Part shown: positions 18,987 to 27,211 of the stretch, piece by piece | Position numbering within the stretch: the stretch's first letter is position 1 | Layout: each line of letters starts with the position of its first letter | Source of the DNA: Candidatus Anderseniibacteriota bacterium | GTDB lineage: Bacteria > Patescibacteriota > Andersenbacteria > UBA10190 | DNA length: 64,000 nucleotides | Assembly (NCBI GenBank): GCA_040900375.1 | Contig: JBBDZC010000003.1 | Coordinates: 64,586-128,585 of the forward strand | Reading direction: 5' to 3' | The notes under the pieces: generated by a model | Seen by the model: only the letters and a program-made list of their open reading frames with translations | Databases searched by the model: none | What the model was told of the DNA's origin: nothing | Position numbers and translations under genes: made by a program

Positions 18987-19759
18987 TTTTTTATCCTTAC
19001 AATAACGTCGAGCCCGCCCGGCATAGTACCAAAGTATATGTCCATGATGTTCGTAGCCCAGGCTCGTTTTCTTCGGAAGATGAACGCTGTGGCGACCCGC
19101 ATCAGCTTGACTGCCGCCTCTCCGGCGAGAGCGCATACGTTATTAAGCACATAAATCAGCTCAGGAATTAAAGGGAGCGTTTTGAGGGCAGCAATGTTTT
19201 CCACAACTATATTCGCGATAAAGAAAGGGGCCGCAAAGCTGGTGTTGGTCCCTTGCAGCAGCAAGATTTCGTCATGCTTAAACATTTCTAAGTACCAGTA
19301 GCGCGTCAGCCGTTGGAAATCATACGGCACACCATGCTCCCCCAGCAGAAAGGGCGTGGAGATATAAACCAATGCCCCGTTGCGCGCTACTCGACGGATT
19401 TCGCGTATGGCATCCTCAATGTGCATCGTATGCTCAAGCACTTCGGTCGCAATAACCCCATCAAATGAATTATCGGGAAATGGAAGCCTATCAGCGGATG
19501 CAACCACATCAGCGGCTGAACGCTTGGTATCAAAATCAACACCGATATATTTGTCGATCGCAAGGTCCCGTAGCAGTTTCAGAAAAGGCTTGTAGCCGCA
19601 ACCGACATCAATAATCCGCATGGGTTTTGACTCTTTTGCTAACAAAACCAGAAACTGCCGGAATGCCTGGAGATGCGCCCTGGTTGTGACGTACGAAAAA
19701 TCGAACAGGTTCGGCGCTGTCCGTTGACGTATAATCTTCCTTGCATCGCGCGGATTCAT
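18983..19759 (-). CDS. class I SAM-dependent methyltransferase
   Basis: 258 aa. Motif I 'RIIDVGCGYKPF', 'DGVIATEVLEH' and 'NGALVYISTP' fit the Methyltransf_11/25 fold. Confidence 0.8.
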   Translation of the reverse strand: MNPRDARKIIRQRTAPNLFDFSYVTTRAHLQAFRQFLVLLAKESKPMRIIDVGCGYKPFLKLLRDLAIDKYIGVDFDTKRSAADVVASADRLPFPDNSFDGVIATEVLEHTMHIEDAIREIRRVARNGALVYISTPFLLGEHGVPYDFQRLTRYWYLEMFKHDEILLLQGTNTSFAAPFFIANIVVENIAALKTLPLIPELIYVLNNVCALAGEAAVKLMRVATAFIFRRKRAWATNIMDIYFGTMPGGLDVIVRIKK

Positions 19760-20628
19760 TCCTCCACCTTTGCGGCGGCTCCCTTAATGCCGATAAAAAG
19801 TAAGTATGGCGAGGTCAAGCTGTTCTCAAAAACATGGCAGCGCCGCCAGAGGGGGTTGGTAAGCGCCTGCGCCAGTTGCAGCCCTTTGACTATCATCATG
19901 CGGGCCGGGCCGCGGCCTTGCAGAATACCCATATTCAACACGCCATAGTAACCGCAGTACTCCTGCGCAACGTTGTGCTTTTGAAACAAGCGGCAGAACG
20001 TATTCTTTTGCATAATCGTCAGGTTGTGCTTTGCAATAAGGTCAGGCGCCAACGACTTTACCAGCGGGTAGTAAACACCGCGCAGCCGTGGGATCATTAT
20101 GAGCAGCTTGCCCTGGGGCTTGAGCACGTTGAGATGCGCCGCGATGGCCTCGTCTACATTGCTAAAGTGTTCGACCACGCCAAACGAAATCACCCGATCA
20201 AATGCATCTTTGTAAGCTTGCTGGAACGCAGGGTCAAACACATCGGAAAAAATACAGTTGTTTTCGGCGATGCCATCGCGTTTGAACTTGCCGCGCACTA
20301 CCTCAACGCCCACTCTCGTGTACTCCACGCCGAAGGGAACATACTGGTAGCGGCGCGCAAAATCGAGCAATCGCTCTCCAGGAGCGCACCCTACCTCCAG
20401 AACAGTTTTTGTCTTGTCGGGCTCAAAAAACCGGTCAGAAATCCTATAAAATATTTCCCGGGCCGACGGCTTAGTGAGCCAGGTCCGGAACTTGCCTGTT
20501 GACTGCCGGGTGTGGGCGTCGGCCCTTTGCGCATTGATAGACTCCCAATACGAACGCGACGCAATGTCCGTACGCCGCTCGTTATTCCGGCTGTAAGAGG
20601 CGTTTAGCATAGCCAGATAAACCCACAA
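19756..20628 (-). CDS. class I SAM-dependent methyltransferase
   Basis: 290 aa. Motif I 'VLEVGCAPGERLLDFA', 'DRVISFGVVEHF' and 'QGKLLIMIP'. Its stop overlaps the upstream methyltransferase start as ATGA. The N-terminus may be shorter than the ORF. Confidence 0.75.
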   Translation of the reverse strand: MWVYLAMLNASYSRNNERRTDIASRSYWESINAQRADAHTRQSTGKFRTWLTKPSAREIFYRISDRFFEPDKTKTVLEVGCAPGERLLDFARRYQYVPFGVEYTRVGVEVVRGKFKRDGIAENNCIFSDVFDPAFQQAYKDAFDRVISFGVVEHFSNVDEAIAAHLNVLKPQGKLLIMIPRLRGVYYPLVKSLAPDLIAKHNLTIMQKNTFCRLFQKHNVAQEYCGYYGVLNMGILQGRGPARMMIVKGLQLAQALTNPLWRRCHVFENSLTSPYLLFIGIKGAAAKVEE

Positions 20629-21892
20629 AAAATACGAATGAAACCAGCATGACTGCCATAATTGCCCCCGTTACCTCAAGTAGGGGAATCATAATCAGAT
20701 ACAGCAGAAAAGCCAAGGCGGCCATACAGACAGCCCAGTACGAGTAAAACGTATGCCCACGCACCCCCTGGGCTACCACCAAAGCTCCCCGTACGTTAAC
20801 AAATGTATAGAGGATTGCGTTCACCGAGAACAACAGGATCCACAGAAATTTCATCGGATACTCGTCGCCGTACAAAAGAACTGTGATGTACATGGCCAAG
20901 CCATTAAGAAGCAGCAATGGAATGAAGCCAGTAAACATGAGTCTGTTTAATCGGCGGTTTATCTCGAGCTTATCTGACCGACTGCTGGCAGTGGGCAGAA
21001 ACACCTTAATAAACACAGAGCTCACGCGTCCTAATACAATGAGCGAAGCACCATAGTAAACGGAGTAAATCCCGACGCTTTCAACGTCAAGGTATCTGTT
21101 TAGGAAAAATCGGTCGCTGCCCCACAGGATAAAAAGCGCCACAGATCCAAGTACACTAAATGCACCATACGAGAGCATCTGCTTAAGCGCTACCGTATCC
21201 CAAGAAGAGGGCTTAAAGTAGTGCCAATGAGTTAGCAGAACAGCCGCTGCATACGCAAGTAAACCGCCAGCGAGCGCCCCAATGTAGTCGGTGTACGTTG
21301 TGCCTGCGCCGGCGGCATACAGCGCTAAAAAAATCATGGCTCCAACAGTGGCATATACGATATCCAGCGCCGCCTGGAGTTTGAACTTAAGCAGCCCTCG
21401 CAATACGCACTCCATGCCGGTTTTAAACACAGTAACAATGCAGTAGAACAGGGCAATAGTATACACGGCGGAGCTTAAGCTGAGTATTTCTGTTACCTGG
21501 TTTCGAACAAAGTATGCAACGACCAATGTTAGTGCCGAAAAAAACAACGTTCCGCCAGCGAAGGTGGTAATCGTCCTGCGTCGCTCCGTTGTACTCCGTT
21601 TTTCCGGTAAATATTTTATCACGCTAGCTTGTAATCCAAAAAACATCGGGTACGGAAGAACATTCGCCACCGCAAACACAAGTGCTGCTCTCCCGTACTC
21701 GGCCGGCCCCAGCGCCCGCACGGCGAGGATTTGCACCACAGCAAACAACAACCCTGATACAATACTGCTCAGCCCCACGTACCCAAGATTACTCACAAAG
21801 CCCCTCATGTCGGCGGTAAGGTCATGCTTGTAGAGCCGGCGGTTTACCTTATCACCTACACGCCACACCCAGTCAGTGAATACTTGCTTCAT
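20582..21892 (-). CDS. wzx: oligosaccharide/polysaccharide flippase, MOP superfamily (Wzx-like)
   Basis: 436 aa with about 12 hydrophobic helices. The N-terminal region 'LGYVGLSSIVSGLLFAVVQILAVRALGPAEYGRAALVFA' is typical of Wzx / polysaccharide-biosynthesis-protein family members. Confidence 0.7.
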   Translation of the reverse strand: MKQVFTDWVWRVGDKVNRRLYKHDLTADMRGFVSNLGYVGLSSIVSGLLFAVVQILAVRALGPAEYGRAALVFAVANVLPYPMFFGLQASVIKYLPEKRSTTERRRTITTFAGGTLFFSALTLVVAYFVRNQVTEILSLSSAVYTIALFYCIVTVFKTGMECVLRGLLKFKLQAALDIVYATVGAMIFLALYAAGAGTTYTDYIGALAGGLLAYAAAVLLTHWHYFKPSSWDTVALKQMLSYGAFSVLGSVALFILWGSDRFFLNRYLDVESVGIYSVYYGASLIVLGRVSSVFIKVFLPTASSRSDKLEINRRLNRLMFTGFIPLLLLNGLAMYITVLLYGDEYPMKFLWILLFSVNAILYTFVNVRGALVVAQGVRGHTFYSYWAVCMAALAFLLYLIMIPLLEVTGAIMAVMLVSFVFFVGLSGYAKRLLQPE

Positions 21893-23202
21893 CGTACAAA
21901 TGAACAGCGAAAAACCCGCTTGCCTCGGGAAAATACATTAGAAAAATACTCCAAATCCTTCCAAAAAATTTGCGCGACTGCCTCCGGATTAAAATGCTCG
22001 CGCACGAAGGTGCAGCCCGCATCCGCAATACGTTGGAGCTCCTGAGGATGCGCTTGGTAGTATTCAACTATTTTCAGCAGGTCGTCCAAGTCATTCTGCT
22101 TATAAGTGATGTAGTGCACGCCTGGAACAAGCCCCAGCGCCGTATACATGAGATCATCAATAGCCACCAGCGCCGTCCCACAGGCCATGCCTTCAATGGC
22201 ATTCACAGACGGCAACCCGCATGCTTCCTCTGGACTGACAAACATGCGGTAGTCATTATACTTTTCAACGATGTCAAACTGGAAGTAGCGCGTTAGGTGG
22301 TTCGGAAACAGCTTAGTGAGAAGTATGTGCGGCAGATGCTTTTTTGCCCAACGCGCCAGAGCAGAGTCTTGCGACTGAATCTGGCTGATGCGGCGTACGT
22401 CGTCAAAATCAGATATATACGAATCAATCCACGGCGTAACTTCGTTCCTTTTTTGGTAAATCAGGTTCCGCATAGGGTGGATGGAAGGATCTTTTCCAAA
22501 AAATCTTTCATATTCCGGCCCCACTCGGCTTGTCGTTCCGACCGCGAAGCATTTGTTAACCCTTTTGGCAAACGGTTTTCGCTTCTTAAACCGCGAGGGA
22601 AAACTGAATGGCAAATGGTACACCTGCTTCTCCTCTGGAAAGAAATACCGGAAGTAACCATTGGAAACGAGATTATTCTCAGCCACGAGTATGTTGTGCT
22701 TGATGCGCCGCACATTCTCCGCAATTTTTTCCGTGCTCCTAAAGTAGTGAGTCAGGTGCGTAAATACTAAACCGCTGTATTGGTGGAAAGTGTTGACCTC
22801 TGTATTGCGCGGGAATTCATCCAGACTTGTATGGGCGAAATTCAATATAATATCGTGTTTTGGATCGAGCGCTCCGACACCGAAGTACACCTTGCATTGG
22901 AGCGGGTTTAGACCATTCAGGAGACACCACAACACATATTCCACGTACGTAAAAATTCGTCCGAGATAGGTGAAACGCACACCGAGTTCATTCAGTGATG
23001 AACGGGTCCCGTCAAGCAGGATGCCAACATCCTTGGTCTTATTTTTTAAGTAGTAATCCCGGACGAATGCATACTTTGTAATGTGGGGGTTGTGGATCAA
23101 CGCATTCCGCACGGTTTTTGCATAAAAGTGGACATGCGGGTTGGCCAGAATGAGGCGCATGTTGTATGTTCCGTTGCGATCAGCGCAAAGACAGCCCGCC
23201 AC
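21889..23202 (-). CDS. CgeB-like glycosyltransferase, paralog of 16516..17790
   Basis: 437 aa. 'VNAIEGMACGTALVAIDDLMYTALGLVPGVHYITYK' is present, and the protein is colinear with ORF 16516..17790. Confidence 0.6.
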   Translation of the reverse strand: MAGCLCADRNGTYNMRLILANPHVHFYAKTVRNALIHNPHITKYAFVRDYYLKNKTKDVGILLDGTRSSLNELGVRFTYLGRIFTYVEYVLWCLLNGLNPLQCKVYFGVGALDPKHDIILNFAHTSLDEFPRNTEVNTFHQYSGLVFTHLTHYFRSTEKIAENVRRIKHNILVAENNLVSNGYFRYFFPEEKQVYHLPFSFPSRFKKRKPFAKRVNKCFAVGTTSRVGPEYERFFGKDPSIHPMRNLIYQKRNEVTPWIDSYISDFDDVRRISQIQSQDSALARWAKKHLPHILLTKLFPNHLTRYFQFDIVEKYNDYRMFVSPEEACGLPSVNAIEGMACGTALVAIDDLMYTALGLVPGVHYITYKQNDLDDLLKIVEYYQAHPQELQRIADAGCTFVREHFNPEAVAQIFWKDLEYFSNVFSRGKRVFRCSFVR

Positions 23203-23204
23203 TA

Positions 23205-24266
23205 CTACGATGCGCCAGCCTGATTGCCCTCGCGGCCATAGGTGAAACTGATCGCCGAGACAAGCCGCGGCGCAAACAGGTTATTTATGTAGAGCGATAA
23301 GATTTGCTGGACAGCCTGACGGACAGCAAGGGAAAAATCCTCGTGCTGCATAATTCCCTCATATAATCTTTTGTATGCATCACTTCGGAAATTATAGTGC
23401 CCCGCGATGACGCTGCAGAGATATTTGTTGGATGCCTTATTATGCAGCAGCCATTTTTCCCATTTCCGGCTGCGGTACGCCACTTCCAAAAACTCACTTA
23501 TATCCAGTCCGTACTGGTTCGCACGCAGCAACGTAAGTTGTGTTTGGAGCACCCCAAACTGTGGCGCAACATTTACAGCATCAACAACCCCGCGCCTGCG
23601 CTGTATCTCGGCCGCAGACAGGTAGTCGGCATTGTGCTCCTTGATTGCAATATCGTACTTGTCGGCCAACAGGCGCAGCTTTTTTACATAGTCTTCGTGA
23701 AAGAGCCCTTCCTGGCGTACTTCCTTAATGATGGTGCCCGTCTGCAGCACAACAAAATGCGGCTTCATGAAGCTGGTGAAAAATTTCATCTGCTCTTCCG
23801 CTCGAAGTGCATCTTCAACATTCGTGCCGGTATTCTCGTCCGTACCGATTTCAATGAGCGTATGCGGCGATTTGCGTTGAATGTATTCAATTGCTTTCTT
23901 TGATTCTTCTAAAATGCGTTCGTACCCCCCGGGACAAAAACAGAAATCTACGTGAATGAGGTCGAAGCCATGTTCTAAGTCAGTATCAATTGTTACATAG
24001 GTGTCCGTGAGGTCAAAAATACTATTGTGCCCCGGTCCGCAGTGGTCGCGGCAAATGTATACATTGGCAGCGGGGTACTTTGCCTTCATTCTATCGAGGT
24101 ATTCACGATACTCACGTGTATGCAAAACGTAGCCTCTATCATAATCAACCTGATTCTTGGAAGCTATTAACATGAGTGGACAATTCTCCTGCGCAGAATA
24201 CTCATAGACTGCTGCAATTACATCCTCACTCATTGGCCCTATTCCCAGTGGACTGATTGCTGGCAT
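23205..24266 (-). CDS. GatZ/KbaZ-family TIM-barrel protein (tagatose-bisphosphate aldolase-related; putative sugar-phosphate aldolase or 4-epimerase)
   Basis: 353 aa. 'NCPLMLIASKNQVDYDRGY', 'YICRDHCGPGHN', 'IHVDFCFCPG' and 'IEIGTDENTGT' are colinear with E. coli GatZ segments 'SPILIEATCNQVNQDGGY', 'LGGDHLGPNAW', 'IHLDCSMSC' and 'YVIGTEVPVPGG'. It is about 70 aa shorter than GatZ. Confidence 0.55.
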   Translation of the reverse strand: MPAISPLGIGPMSEDVIAAVYEYSAQENCPLMLIASKNQVDYDRGYVLHTREYREYLDRMKAKYPAANVYICRDHCGPGHNSIFDLTDTYVTIDTDLEHGFDLIHVDFCFCPGGYERILEESKKAIEYIQRKSPHTLIEIGTDENTGTNVEDALRAEEQMKFFTSFMKPHFVVLQTGTIIKEVRQEGLFHEDYVKKLRLLADKYDIAIKEHNADYLSAAEIQRRRGVVDAVNVAPQFGVLQTQLTLLRANQYGLDISEFLEVAYRSRKWEKWLLHNKASNKYLCSVIAGHYNFRSDAYKRLYEGIMQHEDFSLAVRQAVQQILSLYINNLFAPRLVSAISFTYGREGNQAGAS

Positions 24267-24269
24267 AGA

Positions 24270-24785
24270 TTAACTGTTGACTTGTACAGTTGGCTCTTCT
24301 CGAAGCTCTCTAGCAAAGAAGAGGTCTTTAATATAAAAACACGCCTCCGCCACGGCTCCCTCGGCGCTTTGTGCTTGGGTAACGTAGTCGGCAGCCTGCA
24401 GCGCCAGTGGATGCGCATTGGCGGGCGCAATGCTGTAGGCTACTATCTCGAATACGCGTGCGTCGTATATACCATCACCCATGTACACCATTGAATCCAA
24501 GTCACCTAATTGTGAGAAATATGCGTGTCGCTCAAGCTCCGACACCAGCGTCACGGGCAGCTCCATATCATCCATACGCTTCTTAGTAATGTTCCAGCCT
24601 CGCTTATCGGCGGAAATCGCTTCTAGGGTAACGTAGCGACGAAGCATCTTTACGCCATCAGCATCGTGCGGACCAAAAATCTTGGCGAATTTCCCCTCAC
24701 TTGTATAGAGAAACTGGCCAGTTGTGAATACTCCATCGACATCAAACATAACTCGTGTGATTGGCGATGTGGGCAAGCGCTTCAT
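24270..24785 (-). CDS. KdsC-family HAD-IIIA sugar-acid phosphate phosphatase
   Basis: 171 aa. HAD motif I is 'MFDVDGVFT', with 'YMGDGIYD' and 'AHPLALQAADYVTQAQSAEGAVAE'. These match E. coli KdsC ('LDVDGVL', 'YVGDDLID', 'AHPLLIPRADYVTRIAGGRGAVRE'). The true start is probably the Met at 24749. Confidence 0.75.
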   Translation of the reverse strand: MKRLPTSPITRVMFDVDGVFTTGQFLYTSEGKFAKIFGPHDADGVKMLRRYVTLEAISADKRGWNITKKRMDDMELPVTLVSELERHAYFSQLGDLDSMVYMGDGIYDARVFEIVAYSIAPANAHPLALQAADYVTQAQSAEGAVAEACFYIKDLFFARELREEPTVQVNS

Positions 24786-24798
24786 CTCGTTATCCTAC

Positions 24799-25665
24799 TC
24801 AATTTTTGATTAACTTCACAAGTGCTCTTCGCATTACTGCTTCTGGGGGTGCCTCACCCGTATACAACTTAAACTGATGCAACGCCTGTATTAAGGCCAT
24901 ATCTGAACCGCGCAAGACCCGCTTGCCCAGCTTGGCACCGGTCGCTATGAGTCGGGTTTCATAAGGTGTGGCAACTACATCCATAATAAATTCAAAATTG
25001 CGGAGGGCTTTCTCGGTTATCGGCATCTCATGTACTTCTGGAACCATCCCCACGGGCGTAGCGTTAATGAGGATGTCAGCGGACGCGCGCTGTCGCTGAC
25101 TCCAGGGCAGTGTACCTTGAAGCTGCCATTGCTTCACCAGAGCCCGACTCTGTGTGTCGGAACGGCTCGTGACTATAGTGTGGCGAACATTTAGTCTCGC
25201 CAGAGCGCAACAGATTGCTTGAGCAACACCTCCTGCTCCAAGTATAAGAATGCTTTTATTCTTAATGCCTCTAATACCTTGAAGCATCTGACGAGCCGCC
25301 GTGGTGTCGGTATTGTAGCCATGTAGCCTTCCTTTTTTGTTAACAACCGTATTCACAGCCCCCACCTCTCGGGCTAGTGGATCGAGCCTGTCCAAATACT
25401 TTACGATTTCTTGCTTAAACGGCATAGACACGCCGCACCCACGGATATCCAGCGCCCGTATTCCTGCTATCGCATCAACTAAGGCGTGCCTATCAACCCG
25501 GCAGGCCTTGTAGATAGCATCAATACCTAATTGTTCAAAGGCAGCATTGAATACTGTAGTGCCGGTATTGCTGGGACGTTCAGCAATAGAAATGTAGACG
25601 GCGGTTCCCTTATTAAGCTTGGACTTTCTCATGCTGTAAGGCCTGTGCCAGCTGCAGGCGGCCAT
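24799..25665 (-). CDS. shikimate/quinate 5-dehydrogenase family (AroE-like) NAD(P)-dependent oxidoreductase
   Basis: 288 aa. The substrate-domain motifs are 'VYISIAERPSNTGTTVFNAAFEQLGIDAIY', 'GCGVSMPFKQEI' and 'GAVNTVV...GYNTD'. The Rossmann motif is 'ILILGAGGVAQAI'. Confidence 0.75.
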   Translation of the reverse strand: MAACSWHRPYSMRKSKLNKGTAVYISIAERPSNTGTTVFNAAFEQLGIDAIYKACRVDRHALVDAIAGIRALDIRGCGVSMPFKQEIVKYLDRLDPLAREVGAVNTVVNKKGRLHGYNTDTTAARQMLQGIRGIKNKSILILGAGGVAQAICCALARLNVRHTIVTSRSDTQSRALVKQWQLQGTLPWSQRQRASADILINATPVGMVPEVHEMPITEKALRNFEFIMDVVATPYETRLIATGAKLGKRVLRGSDMALIQALHQFKLYTGEAPPEAVMRRALVKLIKN

Positions 25666-27211
25666 AGTAGTACAACAGCCGATTGAATGGTTCGGTGTGC
25701 AGCGGCGACATATTAAGAAAAATTAAGGCGGTAAGAGTATCAATTTTTTTCTGGTCATAGCCGTATTCCAGCATAGCTTGTAAAAAAACCGTCCGTCTTT
25801 CTGTCAACGCACCGGAAATCGACAGCGACAAATCCACGTCCGTACCTTTCTGCCTGAAGCTAAACATGTTCTTCTTAATAGTGTGGTAAGGCACGAGCAT
25901 TCCTCCGTTCAGCTTCGCTAAGTCATAATATAGATCTCCGTATTCTAAGAGACCGGCAAAATCCTGCCGCCAATCAAGCAGAACGAATTGTTGGTCTGTG
26001 CTGTCGCTGACAAGTATATTGTCAAATTGCAGATCGCCGTGGAATGGCGAGGGGATGCCGTTGTACAACGTCTGCCAGTCAATTTGGGAAAGCAGCTCTT
26101 CAAGCGCCGGAAGGTGTTCGCCATTCACGGTGCATTCACTGTCACTGCTGCCTGTTTGCACGTCATACTGCAGCAGCCGCTGATGCGTTTTATCATAGTA
26201 AAACTGCTGGCAGCGGCGACGGAAATCTGCATACTGCTCATCGGATAGCGTAAGGGGACGCCAGAGGTTGCTACGCAGCCAAACGAGCAAATCCATCACG
26301 AGGTGAGGGTCTTCCGTTTGGTACATCGTCAGACCAGGCATCTTCTTATAGGCATAAAAGTGTGGTGCTTCATCAGTGATTTTAGGTACAACTGCTGACA
26401 TGTGCCTCGCCTTCGCCACGCGGTGGGCAGCCACCTGTGCGTCGCCAAAGTACTTTATTACTTTTTCTCCGACAAAATACAAAAACTCGCCTTTTTTTGA
26501 AAAATCAAAGCTTTCCTGTTGGTCCGCAAGTTCACGAATTGCCAGCCGGTAGCCCTCAACATTGCCCGTGTCGAACCACGTAAATTCACGTGCCTGCAAA
26601 CCTGGTTCAATAAGCGATCGAAATCCATTTGATACCTGTAGCTCTCCCGCAGCAAGCGTAGGTGTACCCGCCAGAGCCTCCCAGAATGTGTTGTAGTCCC
26701 TCACGCCAGCCAAGCCAATAAATCCATACGTATTGCTGGTGGTTACCTTATCAACCATATCTCGCACATATCCGTCCTCAATGGTAACGGTATTGTATTG
26801 CGTTGGATCAACTACTGGCGCTACACCAAACCAATTCGAATCCGGTGGTGGTATGTTCTCTTCTACTAACGTGTCGACCGTGGTAAATATGAACGGCACC
26901 TGCAAATATTCATGGCACTGTAATAATGAATAGCCGGGCCCAGAGCCTTTACCGGTAATTTTATCAACTTCAACGTAGTGAATAGTCCGCTCTGGATGGG
27001 CGATGGACAAGTAAGCCTGTAGTTTCTCTTTCTCATATCCTACTGCCATAACAATCACGATTTCCGCCGGAAACTTGTGCAAAATATGGGAAATTACAGC
27101 CTGCGAACCAAGCGGTAGCATAGCCTTATTCACACCACTCTTCAGTTCACCCAATCGCGTTCCCTGGCCAGCAGCAAGTATGGCGATTTTATATGTCCCT
27201 ATGCTAGACAT
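25613..27211 (-). CDS. bifunctional sugar-phosphate (or phospho-alcohol) nucleotidyltransferase (N-terminal) / APH-type small-molecule kinase (C-terminal)
   Basis: The N-terminal 'KIAILAAGQGTRLGE...KAMLPL' is the RmlA/LicC-type G-x-G-T-R-L signature. The C-terminal 'FHGDLQFDNILV' and 'LLDWRQDFAG' are the Brenner HxDxxxxN and D-W-x motifs of the aminoglycoside/choline/anomeric-sugar kinase fold. The start is set at Met 27211, which is ATG-adjacent to the cupin gene's stop. The longer ORF to 27274 would overlap that gene by 71 nt. Confidence 0.7.
   Translation of the reverse strand: MSSIGTYKIAILAAGQGTRLGELKSGVNKAMLPLGSQAVISHILHKFPAEIVIVMAVGYEKEKLQAYLSIAHPERTIHYVEVDKITGKGSGPGYSLLQCHEYLQVPFIFTTVDTLVEENIPPPDSNWFGVAPVVDPTQYNTVTIEDGYVRDMVDKVTTSNTYGFIGLAGVRDYNTFWEALAGTPTLAAGELQVSNGFRSLIEPGLQAREFTWFDTGNVEGYRLAIRELADQQESFDFSKKGEFLYFVGEKVIKYFGDAQVAAHRVAKARHMSAVVPKITDEAPHFYAYKKMPGLTMYQTEDPHLVMDLLVWLRSNLWRPLTLSDEQYADFRRRCQQFYYDKTHQRLLQYDVQTGSSDSECTVNGEHLPALEELLSQIDWQTLYNGIPSPFHGDLQFDNILVSDSTDQQFVLLDWRQDFAGLLEYGDLYYDLAKLNGGMLVPYHTIKKNMFSFRQKGTDVDLSLSISGALTERRTVFLQAMLEYGYDQKKIDTLTALIFLNMSPLHTEPFNRLLYYYGRLQLAQALQHEKVQA

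Noticed and set aside
18987-19136. N-terminal 50-codon extension of the GT4 ORF 17850..19136
   Set aside because: It would overlap the upstream methyltransferase by 153 nt. The internal Met at 18986 gives a canonical ATGA junction and a normal GT4 N-terminus.
25613-27211. Reading the NT::kinase fusion as the L-fucokinase/GDP-fucose pyrophosphorylase Fkp
   Set aside because: Fkp uses a GHMP-type kinase domain. This C-terminal domain has APH/choline-kinase-fold motifs (HGDxxxxN, DWxxD) instead. A LicC/LicA- or MurU/AmgK-type analogy is therefore more appropriate.
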